A DNA stretch of 63,397 nucleotides, counting the filler, from Barthelona sp. PAP020 (taxonomy: Eukaryota), in assembly GCA_040182905.1 (NCBI GenBank). It is 47 parts of 47 records of this genome, joined end to end, with 100 filler letters (N's around TTAATTAATTAA, not from the genome) between each part and the next. Parts side by side here need not be neighbours in the genome. Positions count along the whole stretch, not along the records: positions 48,577 to 49,735 come from JARQWU010001003.1; positions 49,836 to 50,989 come from JARQWU010001004.1; positions 51,090 to 52,243 come from JARQWU010001005.1; positions 52,344 to 53,495 come from JARQWU010001006.1; positions 53,596 to 54,747 come from JARQWU010001007.1; positions 54,848 to 55,996 come from JARQWU010001008.1; positions 56,097 to 57,242 come from JARQWU010001009.1; positions 57,343 to 58,487 come from JARQWU010001010.1; 39 more parts are not named here. The stretch is one strand, 5' to 3'. Position 1 is the stretch's first letter; every line of letters begins with the position of its first letter. Positions 49,467 through 60,156 of the stretch are shown here, piece after piece. The position numbers and the translations under genes are program-made. The notes beneath the pieces were generated by a model. The model did no database searches and was not told the origin of the DNA. It worked only from the letters and a program-made list of their open reading frames with translations.

Positions 49467-49940
49467 ATGAAAAAAGAAGTATGTTCAAACATTTTCTTTT
49501 TCTCTTCCTTTGTTCATTAAATCATAAATATTTATGAGAAATCGAGATTTTCTTTTTATAAAGAGAGAATTGTAAAAACAGCAACAAACATTTTTATTTC
49601 CTTATTGTTTTTAATAGTATAATATATTATGGCTACTGCAGCTCAAGAATTTGAAGAATATGTTATTTCTCTTGGTGATTTTGAAGATCAAGATGTTGAA
49701 GAATTGTTATCCAAATTTGTCACCGAATATAATGCNNNNNNNNNNNNNNNNNNNNNNNNNNNNNNNNNNNNNNNNNNNNTTAATTAATTAANNNNNNNNN
49801 NNNNNNNNNNNNNNNNNNNNNNNNNNNNNNNNNNNATATCAGTTTTGAGTGTTTGCTGTCGTCACTCAATTGGGATGTTTTATGGAGTCTCTTTACGGAA
49901 AAGTTCAATAAAGTCTTATTTCATATTTTTTTTACAGACA

Positions 49941-50989
49941 ATGGTTGTTAACAGTGTAGTTGAGGAAACTGTCCCTTATGTTAAGTATAACATGGATCAA
50001 GTTGTTGTTCCAGTTGGATTTGATGTGGATGGATTTGAGAAGAATGGTCGGCCAAAGAAGATTTATAATGCAGCATGTGATGGTAATCTTGAGGTTATCA
50101 AGCAGTGTATCAAAATTGGCGTTGATGTGAACAAACAGGGCAAGGAAGGAAGAACAGCGTTGTATGGAGCTGCTTTAAATGGCCGTACAGAGGTTGTTGA
50201 GCTTTTATTGGATTTTGGGGCTGATATTCGTCTGTGTATGAATAACGGTGTTTCTCCATTATTTGTCAGTTGTGAAAAAGGTCATTTTAATGTTGCCAAA
50301 ATGCTCTTAGATTATGGTGCTGATGTTAATTTGTGTAAGAATAATGGAACTTCTCCATTGTACATCAGTTGTGGAAAAGGTCATCGTAATATTGCCAAAA
50401 TGCTCTTAGATTATGGTGCTGATGTTAATTTGTGTATAATTGATGGTTCTTCTTCATTGTGTGGCAGTTGTTACAAAGGTTATCTTAATGTGGCCAAAAT
50501 GCTCTTAGATTATGGTGCTGATGTTAATTTGTGTATGATTAATGGTTCATCTCCATTATGTCTCAGTTGTGAAAAAGGTCATTTTAATGTTGCCAAAATG
50601 CTCTTAGATTATGGTGCTGATGTTAATTTATGTAAGAATAATGGTGCTTCTTCATTGTTCTCTAGTTGTCAAGAAGGTCATTTTAATATTACCAAAATGC
50701 TCTTGAATCATGGCGCTGATGTTAATTTGTGGAGGAATGATGGTACATCTCCATTGAACATCAGTTGTGCAAAAGGTCATCTTAATATTGCCAAAATGCT
50801 TCTAGATTGTCCCAAAATAAACTTAGATGGTGTAGGAATGCTATTATTTTTCAATATATTATACGCAAATGATGAGGAATTGCAAAAAAACAATCCATAC
50901 AGCATTTTGGAGTGTCCCAACTTGAAGCAACAATTGGAGAGTGGCGAGCCTGTTGATTTGAAATTTGAACATTTGTCCAAATCTGAGTT
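49941..50989 (+). CDS. Ankyrin-repeat protein, C-cap type B, 3' partial
   Basis: N-cap, repeats, then DCPKINL..CPNLKQQLESGEPVDLKFEHLSKSE. Confidence 0.93.
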
Positions 50990-51089
50990 NNNNNNNNNNN
51001 NNNNNNNNNNNNNNNNNNNNNNNNNNNNNNNNNTTAATTAATTAANNNNNNNNNNNNNNNNNNNNNNNNNNNNNNNNNNNNNNNNNNNN

Positions 51090-51374
51090 ACCAGAAGTCA
51101 TGTTATTGGTGTAATTGAAGTTGACAAAAATGTTTTTGATGTTTATGACAGCAATTTAGAACATAATTTGATTGAAATTTTCAAAAATTATGCCCATGAA
51201 TGTGAAATCCCTTCATTTGCAACTCCAAAACGTTTGATAATTGAACTAGATGAAAATGTTTGGACAATCGAAAACGGTTTTTTGACACCAACACAAAAGC
51301 AAAGCAGAAAAGGTATTGAAAAGTATTATGAAAAGGAAATTGAAGATCTGTTTGTTCATTTGGAAACAATTTAA
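51090..51374 (+). CDS. Long-chain acyl-CoA synthetase-like C-terminus
   Basis: WTIENGFLTPTQKQSRKGIEKYY motif. Confidence 0.75.
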   Translation, partial: TRSHVIGVIEVDKNVFDVYDSNLEHNLIEIFKNYAHECEIPSFATPKRLIIELDENVWTIENGFLTPTQKQSRKGIEKYYEKEIEDLFVHLETI

Positions 51375-51766
51375 AATTTTCATCAAAGTTTTGGCAAAGT
51401 TTTGGCAATTCCAATGGCAGATTATTTAACGATAAATACATTGTTTATTTATTCTTTCGTCATTTTATCTTGTTCAAGAAACACTTCGAAAGAAACAACT
51501 TCCAAAAAATCCACGATTCGTACTCTTTTCGATAATATTTTTGGCTAATTCACAATTATCGTGAAATTGTATCATGAGTTGTTTAAATTTGATATCGTTA
51601 GCAATGCTTGCTTGTTTATCTAATATTTCTTCAAAATTTGAAGATACCCATAACATTCTCAGAAATAGTACCTTTCCTTATTCTTAATTTTTAGTGAAGA
51701 TAAAATTTGAAGTAATACGCATTGCAACATTCACAATAAATGTTTCATACCCAAATTGAAGGTTTT

Positions 51767-52030
51767 TGGTCCAGTTGTGAAACAACTATATTTATTTACA
51801 AAAAAAGTAAACTGAGAAAACTCATTCTAGCAAATTTTAGTCAAAATCCCAGGAGGGGAATTGAGGGACTGAAATGTAATTGGAACGATCAAGTAGGAGA
51901 ATTTCGGAGAAATTCTACATTCCTATTCTTTGTATTTTTGCAAAAGCAAAATTTTTTAGTTAAAATTTTACCTTCGAAAATCTAAAGTTTTTCAACAGAT
52001 CAAGCGGGTTTCGAAAGCCATTACACAAAT
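51767..52030 (-). mobile_element. Repeat family 2 short copy, truncated by family 3
   Basis: Colinear with 41292-41556. Confidence 0.8.
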
Positions 52031-52031
52031 A

Positions 52032-52240
52032 TGTGGAAGTTCATGCTCAATGAACGGAATTTATTGGAGATATAAGGAGGTCATCAAATATCACTTCCTT
52101 TATTTGTTGTTTCTTGACCATCTTTAGGTCCAATTTTTTAAGTTACTTGGGCATCTGAATCCACGTGAGTTTTTCCCAAACCTTAAGCTAACTCGTTTCG
52201 TTGTTCACTGAACAACTCATACCTCATAAATATCTAATAA
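52032..52240 (-). repeat. Repeat family 3 copy
   Basis: Reverse-complement match to 39976-40182. Confidence 0.8.
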
Positions 52241-52343
52241 TGTNNNNNNNNNNNNNNNNNNNNNNNNNNNNNNNNNNNNNNNNNNNNTTAATTAATTAAN
52301 NNNNNNNNNNNNNNNNNNNNNNNNNNNNNNNNNNNNNNNNNNN

Positions 52344-53495
52344 CAAACGGAAGAAGAAGAATATTCGAAGAGATTGCAAAACATAATTCCATCAACTGAA
52401 CAACGCCAAAATGAATTGAAGCTAAAAGCTGAACGTTTAAAAAAAGAGAGATTTGAATATGAAAAGAAACTTGCAGAAGAATTATCCTACAAAGCATGGA
52501 AACAAAACTCGACTGATTTGCACACTTATCAACATGAAGTTTCAGAATACTTTGTAGCCGCTGATAATCAAGCACAAATGTTGGCAAAACAAAGAAAAGA
52601 ACAGTTAGAACGAGAAGAAGAAGAATGGTTTGAACAAATGGAAAAAGAAGAGGCTATGAGGTCTGAAAAGATGAATTTGCTTCGTGATCAAAAGATCAAA
52701 TCTAATGAATCAAAATGGACAGATGATGTTCAAAAGCAATTGGAAATTCGTCGTATCGAAGAAGAAAAGTTGCGTGATGAAGAAGAACAGATGGAAAAAG
52801 AGATTGCTGAACATCTTGCTAAACAAGCTGAAATTGAAGATGAACGCACATTTAAGCAATTGACTGATGAGATGTGGGCACATTTTTATTCCCAAAAATA
52901 TAATGAAGCGATACAAGAATATCGTGAGATTCAAAGATTGGAAGAAGAAGCCCAAGACAGAGAGTTTCTTGAAAGACAACAAGCTGAATATGAAAGAGAC
53001 CGTCAATATCAACATAATAAACATATGTGGGAAAGAGAACAGGCTCATATAACATTTTTGGAGAATCAAAATATTCGACGCAAGCATGACGAAAGTGAGG
53101 CTGAGTTGGACAGATTACTTGCTGAAGTAAATGCCGTTGAAATTGCCAAGGAGGATGATAGACGTCGTAGGGAAAATGAAGCACGTTTACGATTATTGGC
53201 AGATGTTATGGAACATAGAAAGGGAGCTTTAGAAGAAAAAAAAATTGAAGAACAAAGAAGAATCGAAGAAGACAGAAATTATGCCAATCATTTACAGATT
53301 CAGTTAGAAAATCAAAAGAAAAAGGAAGAACAAGAGCGTTTGATGGAATTTGAGCGTAAAGAAAAGACTAAGCGTGAATTGATGGATCAGATTGCGGAGA
53401 AGCAAAGAAGATATGAAGAGGAAAAAAGGAGGGATCGTGATATTGATGAGGAGATTCAACAAAGTCGTTTGGAAACAGATCGTAGATTCCAGTAT
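52344..53495 (+). CDS. CFAP53: Cilia/flagella-associated protein 53 (CCDC11), internal part
   Basis: Trichoplein-type coiled coil; W/E...ARLRLLADVMEHRK motif. Confidence 0.75.
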
Positions 53496-53595
53496 NNNNN
53501 NNNNNNNNNNNNNNNNNNNNNNNNNNNNNNNNNNNNNNNTTAATTAATTAANNNNNNNNNNNNNNNNNNNNNNNNNNNNNNNNNNNNNNNNNNNN

Positions 53596-54747
53596 AAACG
53601 GAAAACACCGTTGTTATGCATTATTTAAAGCAAAAAAGAGAATCTGAGGAACGCGAAAAAATGAGAAGACATATTATTGAAAATAATGAAGAACTCAAAG
53701 AGTTAGAAAGACATTTGAAATTGGCGTTTGTTCAAAAAGAACGTGCCAATCAATTAAATGAAAATCAAAAAAAACTGGAGTTCTTGGAACAAGAAAAAAT
53801 GGAAGAAGACAGGTTAGCTCAAGCTGAAAATGAAAAAATGATGCAAAGACATATGGATGAACAATATAAAAGGTTCGAAGTTGCTCAAAAAGATCAAGAG
53901 GCAATTGTTCAACAAATGGAAGAACATCGTCTTCAAAAACTAGCAAAAGAACGTGAAGTAGAACTTGAGCGTCAACAAGTTGCAGCTTTTGTGGAAGAAG
54001 TTCGTCGTGAAGAAGCGGTAGAATATGAAAGAAAGGTTCAACAGCAAGAAAACACACGAGCATTTATCAATGACTTCTTACGTGAACGTGAAGAATTTAA
54101 AAAGAAACAATTAGAAGCTGCTTTATTAGAACAAGCTGAAATTGAAGAATATCAACAAGCAGTCGACCATCGAAAGTTGCAACAAATTGAAGCAAGAAAA
54201 GAACGTGATGCCAAACGTGAACAGATTTTTGAACAGCTTTCTGAAGAAGTTATCAAAGTTCGTAAAGAACGTGAAGAATGGGAAGAATTATTGCAATTAT
54301 TGTATGAAGAAGAAGAAAAAGAAAAAATTAGGAGAGATGAGATGGAAGCAATGGAAAGATTGGCTAAACAAAGAGCTGAAATTGCAAAAGCTAATGCTGA
54401 AGTCCAAGCAGCTAGATTCAAAAGAATGTCTCTCATCGCTGAACAAGAAGCTTATGAAGCTGCTGAATATGCTGCTAAAGTTGCTGCAGATGAGCAAAAG
54501 GAACGTGAAGAAGAAGCCCTTAAATACAAACAATTATTGGAGCACAGAAAAGCGATGGATCAACAACTTCAAGAAAAAAGAGACCTTATTCGTCTTCAAA
54601 AAGTCAAAGAATTACAAGAACTTGAAAGAAAAGACGCTCTTGAAAAAGAGAAACTCAAAATTGTTGAGGAAGAAAGAAGAAGACTCATCGCAACTTATGC
54701 CCCAGAATTGGTTGGATACATGCCCAAAGGAGTTTTTAAAACTGAAG
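53596..54747 (+). CDS. MNS1: Meiosis-specific nuclear structural protein 1 (axonemal), partial
   Basis: ELKELERHLKLAFVQKERANQL and LVGYMPKGVFK signatures. Confidence 0.88.
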
Positions 54748-54847
54748 NNNNNNNNNNNNNNNNNNNNNNNNNNNNNNNNNNNNNNNNNNNNTTAATTAAT
54801 TAANNNNNNNNNNNNNNNNNNNNNNNNNNNNNNNNNNNNNNNNNNNN

Positions 54848-55205
54848 TGATGAACAATGGAAAAAGAACAAATGCAGTATTTTGAGCTGTCCCAATTTAA
54901 AACAACAATTGAAGAGTGGTGAGCCTGTTGATTTGAAATTTGAGCATTTGTCCAAATCTGAGTTGATTGAATTGGTAAAAAATGAAGGTTATTTGTTATC
55001 AACCCTTGTTGCAATGAAGGTAAACGGTGGCATCATTCGAGAATTTGTCAGTGCTGGAGTTTACATGAATCAAAGAGATTTTGACATGTCAATCAACTAT
55101 TGTTGGGATTTGATTGACATCAATGAAAGGAATGGTGGTAATATGCGTCATTATATTGATGAAGAGATAGAAGATGACAGTGATGAGAGTGATGATGATA
55201 ATTAG
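54848..55205 (+). CDS. C-terminus of a type B ankyrin protein (DINxxNGGN domain + acidic tail)
   Basis: The first 39 aa match the end of the 49941 ORF. Confidence 0.85.
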
Positions 55206-55407
55206 TAAGTGGATTTTTGTTGTTACATGTTTATTCCATTCATGTTTTATGGATATTTTTCTTTGCATACATATCATAGTTTACTTGTTTTTTGATGCGG
55301 AAAAGGTTATTTACCTTATGTGTGATTCAATGAAGGATTGGAATGTTTCATTTTGGGATTATCAACTTCACTTTAAACTTCCTCTTTCATTTATTACAAA
55401 GCTCTCA

Positions 55408-55532
55408 TCGTTTAAATTACACTTCAGTCCCTTAATTCCTCCATCCCTGGGATTTTGACTGAAATTTGCCAGGAGGAGTTTTCTAAGTTTACTTTCTCTG
55501 TGAATAAATATAGTTGTTTCACAACTTGACCA
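55408..55532 (+). mobile_element. Repeat family 2 hairpin (right) end downstream of the ankyrin gene
   Basis: Ends ATAGTTGTTTCACAACTTGACCA. Confidence 0.8.
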
Positions 55533-55587
55533 ATTATTACATTTTTTCTTTGAAAAAGATACGGTCTTTGGCAAATTCAATTCAATT

Positions 55588-55996
55588 TTATTTCCAAGCC
55601 AAGAAGCACTGTGTGTATGAGTAAACAAAAAAGAATGGTAATTATTTGGTTAATGACTTTCGAGGCCCGATTGATCTGTTGAAAAACATTTGATTTTCTA
55701 AGGTAATGTTTAAACTTTAAAAGTTTGCTTCTGCAAAAATTGATCCAGTGTCTGGATCTCACACCCTGTATTTTTCCAAAATTCACTAAAATGACTCTTT
55801 GAGTTTCTTTTCACTGTAAATAAGTTTATGTCACTACTGGAGCAAAATATAGGGTCACTTTTATCTTTTCTTATTGTCACCATATCAATTGTTGGAGTCC
55901 AACACAACAAGAACAAAAAATATTGATAATAAATGATGTTGCTTTTATTAGTTAAATTGAAGGTCGTCACACTAACAACGTTGGAGACTCTCATTG
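55588..55996 (+). mobile_element. Repeat family 2 long left arm (start of the next cassette)
   Basis: Homologous to the reverse complement of about 22300-22758. Confidence 0.82.
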
Positions 55997-56134
55997 NNNN
56001 NNNNNNNNNNNNNNNNNNNNNNNNNNNNNNNNNNNNNNNNTTAATTAATTAANNNNNNNNNNNNNNNNNNNNNNNNNNNNNNNNNNNNNNNNNNNNCAAA
56101 TGTTTTACAAGATCAAATTCTATTTTATCTAAAG

Positions 56135-57061
56135 ATGCTTGTCGATACTGTGATTGAAAAGACAACTATTGAAGAGGAAGCTGTAGTTGAAGATGAAGAT
56201 ACAGTTGAAGAAATTGATCCATTTGTAAAGTATGACATGGATCAAGTTGTTGTTCCAGATGGGTTCGATGTGGATGGATTTGAAGATAATGGTCGCCCAA
56301 AGAAGATCTATTTTGCAGCTTATGATGGTAATCTTGAGGTTGTCAAGCAGTGTATCAAAGCTGGCGTTGATGTGAACAAACAGGGCAAGGAAGGAAGGAC
56401 ATCGCTTTGGGGAGCTGCTTTTGATGGGCAAATAGAAGTTGTTGAGTTTTTGTTGGATTTTGGCGCTGATGTTGATTTGAGTATGAATGATGGATATTCT
56501 CCATTAAATATCAGTTGTGAAAAAGGTCATCTTGATGTTGCCAGAATGCTCTTAGATCATGGAGCTGATGTTAATTTGTGCGATGAAAAGGGGTTTTCTC
56601 CATTATATGTCAGTTGTGAAAAAGGTCATCTTGATGTTGCCAGAATGCTCTTAGATCATGGAGCTGATGTTAATTTGTGCAATGAAAAGGGGTTTTCTCC
56701 ATTATATGTCAGTTGTGAAAAAGGTCATCTTGATGTTGCCAGAATGCTCTTAGATCATGGAGCTGATGTTAATTTAATGAATGATGGCTGTTCTCCATTG
56801 TACATCAGTCTTCAAAAAGGTCATCTTGATTTTGCCAAAATGCTTTTGAAATATGGAGCTGATGTTAATTTGTGTGACAATTATGGTGCTTCTCCATTAT
56901 ATGTCAGTTGTCAAGAAGGTCATCTTGATGTTGCCAGAATGCTCTTAGATCATGGGGCCAATGTAAATCTCAAATTTCAACAAAAATGGACACCAATGGA
57001 CGTTGCCAGAACCAAAGGTCATTCCGAGATTGTACAACTTCTCCAACCCTTCTGCAATTAA
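56135..57061 (+). CDS. Complete ankyrin-repeat protein, C-cap type A
   Basis: N-cap, internal repeats (three nearly identical at the DNA level) and C-cap; 3' flank matches 10790-10975. Confidence 0.94.
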   Translation: MLVDTVIEKTTIEEEAVVEDEDTVEEIDPFVKYDMDQVVVPDGFDVDGFEDNGRPKKIYFAAYDGNLEVVKQCIKAGVDVNKQGKEGRTSLWGAAFDGQIEVVEFLLDFGADVDLSMNDGYSPLNISCEKGHLDVARMLLDHGADVNLCDEKGFSPLYVSCEKGHLDVARMLLDHGADVNLCNEKGFSPLYVSCEKGHLDVARMLLDHGADVNLMNDGCSPLYISLQKGHLDFAKMLLKYGADVNLCDNYGASPLYVSCQEGHLDVARMLLDHGANVNLKFQQKWTPMDVARTKGHSEIVQLLQPFCN

Positions 57062-57341
57062 TCCAATGCTTTTTCTTTTTAACAGACTTGACTTCACAAA
57101 ACACCAGCCTGTTGATAAATCATCACACAACAATGATACTTGAAAACATGCAACTCTTCATCCCAGCTTTCTATTCATATTTTAAATTTGAAGTGTTTGG
57201 ATCAAAGTGTAACCCACGTTTTATAAACCCTCCAATTTTGTTNNNNNNNNNNNNNNNNNNNNNNNNNNNNNNNNNNNNNNNNNNNNTTAATTAATTAANN
57301 NNNNNNNNNNNNNNNNNNNNNNNNNNNNNNNNNNNNNNNNN

Positions 57342-58487
57342 NTCAACATCCCCTATTTCACAACTGACATACAATGGAGAAGCGCCATTATTGTTATTGC
57401 ATAAACTAACATCAGCCCCATGATTCAAAAGCATTTCAGTAACATCAAGATGACCTTGTTCACAACTAACATACAATGGAAAAGAACCACCATTCTTATT
57501 GCGCTTATTAACTTTTGCCCCATGATACAAGAGCATTTTGGCAACATTAAGATGACCTTTTTTACAACTGACATACAATGGAGAAGCACCATTATTCATA
57601 CACATATTAACATCAGCCACATGCTCCAAGAGCATTTCAACAACATCAAAATGACCATTTTGACAACTGACATACAATGGAAAAAAACCATTCTTATTGC
57701 ACATATTAACATCAGCCCCATGATCCAGGAGCATTTTAGCGACATCAAAATGACCATTTTGACAACTGGCATAAAATGGAAAAAAACCATTCTTACACAT
57801 ATTAACATCAGCTCCATGATTCAAGAGCATTTCAGCAACATTAACATGACCTTTTTCACAACTAACATACAATGGAAAAAAACCAATATTGTTGCACATG
57901 TTAACATCAGCCCCATAATTCAAGAGCATTTCAACAACATCAAAATGACCATTTGCACAACTGACATACAATGGAAAAAAACCACCATTCTTATTACGCA
58001 TATCAACTTTTGCCCCATGATCCAAGAGCATTTCAGCAACATTAAGATGACCATTTTGACAACTGATGTACAATGGAGAAGCACCATTGTTGTTGCACAT
58101 ATTAACTTTTGCCCCATGATCCAAGAGTATTTTGACAACATCAAAATGACCTTTTTCACAACTAATGTATAATGGCGACTCACCCTTATTATTGCACATA
58201 TTAACATCAACCTTATGATTCAAGCGCATTTTGACAACATCAATATGACCTTTTTCACAACTCAAATACAATGGGGAAGCACCATTATTCCAAAAACTAC
58301 CTTTCCAACAAATATTAACATCAGCACTATGATTCAAGAGCATTTTGACAACATCAATATAACCTTTTTCACAACTGATGTACAATGGAGAAGCACCATT
58401 GTTGTTGCACATATTAACTTTAGCCCCATGATTCAAGAGCATTTCAACAACATCAAAATGACCATTTTGACAACTGATGTACAACGG
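57342..58487 (-). CDS. Ankyrin-repeat protein, internal fragment (VNMC/GAKVN subfamily)
   Basis: Eleven or more tandem repeats. Confidence 0.92.
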
Positions 58488-58588
58488 NNNNNNNNNNNNN
58501 NNNNNNNNNNNNNNNNNNNNNNNNNNNNNNNTTAATTAATTAANNNNNNNNNNNNNNNNNNNNNNNNNNNNNNNNNNNNNNNNNNNNA

Positions 58589-59728
58589 CGTGTTACTTAT
58601 ATTTTACCAACTGGATATAAGGTCCATCTTTCATCAGAACCCTCTTGGCATTTGGTTGGTACTGCTTCTGAAGGTGTTGTTGCTCATAAACCATGTACAG
58701 TTTCTGGTGGTGGAAAATCTGAACTTTCCAAACCCCTTACAAATGCAATTATTAGAAAACCTTTCTATGTGCAAAGTTTTGAACATGATTTCGACATGGT
58801 TTATTCCATTGTCAACCATGATTTCAACAATCGTTTCCTTCCTGGTCGTCCCGCTGAAGATACCCGCCAATTTTTAGATCCTCAACGTTCTCTTGGATCT
58901 GTAATCAAACTTCTTACTGTTTCACCTGGTCTTTTCTGTGATTCTTATAATCGTTGGTTGAGCAATATTCCCGATCATGTCACTTCTTTGGCTATTCTCC
59001 TCAAACATTTATATGACACTGAAATGGGAGATGATTGGCGTACTGAATTCTCTGTTGATATGATCAATGGCATGCCTGGTCATGAACTTAAGTTTAAGAA
59101 CCGTACTATTCACGCTAATTATGCTCGTGTTGGTTTTGCTCCTCATACGAACAATTGGCGTACTTTCAAAACACGTCAAGATTTTGAACCAGCTAAAAAA
59201 ATTCAGTTAGAAGACGATATATCTGTCAGTGCCACAATTCCTACTCGTTGGATTAAAGACCAGGTTGCTAATGACCTTCGTGATCCTGAAACAAAGCATC
59301 CTTCTGTTAAAATGCTTAAGAATGTTGAGTATCGTTTCTTCCAACGTGCTGATGAGGCTATTCATCGTGGATTTGATTTTGAAGCTGAACGTGATCTTGC
59401 TGGTTATGGTCCTGGTGGAGAAAATGTTTTCTTTGCCAATTATGAGCCTCTTACTCTTGAAGATGCTATCACTACCATGGAAAATGGTATGGCTTATCAT
59501 GAATATACAGAAAATATGCAGAAGCGTATCAAGAATGTTGCCGAAGTAGCTATTTCTCGTGAAAGTCAAGATTTCATGGATTCTTCTCGTTCCCGTTCAT
59601 TTGAAGATCAAGAACGTCAAAAAGAAATTTTAGATATCGATATTGACAGATATTGGGCTAGTTCAGACCGTCCTCGTATGGTTGATGGTAAACCTTCAAA
59701 GAATCCTCGTTATCTTCAAGAACGTATT
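58589..59728 (+). CDS. PPi-dependent phosphoenolpyruvate carboxykinase (PEP carboxytransphosphorylase), internal fragment
   Basis: HKPCTVSGGGKSELSK, RSLGSVIKLLT, EDDISVS, EYRFFQR.D.AIHRG and DGKPSKNPRYLQ motifs. Confidence 0.88.
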
Positions 59729-59993
59729 NNNNNNNNNNNNNNNNNNNNNNNNNNNNNNNNNNNNNNNNNNNNTTAATTAATTAANNNNNNNNNNNNNNNN
59801 NNNNNNNNNNNNNNNNNNNNNNNNNNNNAACAGCCAGGATTCAAATTCAAGGCTTTCCCAACCACTCATTTCAATAACACACCGTATATAAAAGCTTTCG
59901 TATACCTTTTCTTGTACCTAACGTGAATTTTATAATCATTTTCTGTTTTGCATCATGAATGTCGAGTGAAGTCGTGTGAATGTGAAGTTGAAA

Positions 59994-60003
59994 GACTCGA
60001 TCC
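59994..60003 (-). promoter_or_regulatory. Extra B-box-like motif GGATCGAGTC downstream of the tRNA-like gene
   Basis: 29 nt from the 3' end, across a homopolymer run. Confidence 0.65.
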
Positions 60004-60032
60004 TAACTTTATCAAAAAAAAAAAAAAAAAAA

Positions 60033-60156
60033 CGCTGACGATTGGAATTGCACCAACACCTGTCAGAAAATTTGTGTGGTTTACCAAGCCTGGTAATCCT
60101 TCACAATCTGGATGAGGAATCAACGGAGACTGTGCTACTAATTACACCACATCAGC
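60033..60156 (-). ncRNA. 124-nt tRNA-like RNA or multi-intron tRNA; anticodon unresolved
   Basis: Acceptor GCTGATG/CGTCAGC, D arm GTGT/GCAC and T arm GTTGG-TGCAATT-CCAAT; ~52 extra nt in the anticodon arm; poly-T terminator. Confidence 0.8.

Noticed and set aside
57420..58172. Long antisense and alternate-frame ORFs over ankyrin genes (also 820-1383, 11182-11802)
   Set aside because: These are shadow frames kept open by 99-nt periodicity, with no independent protein signal.
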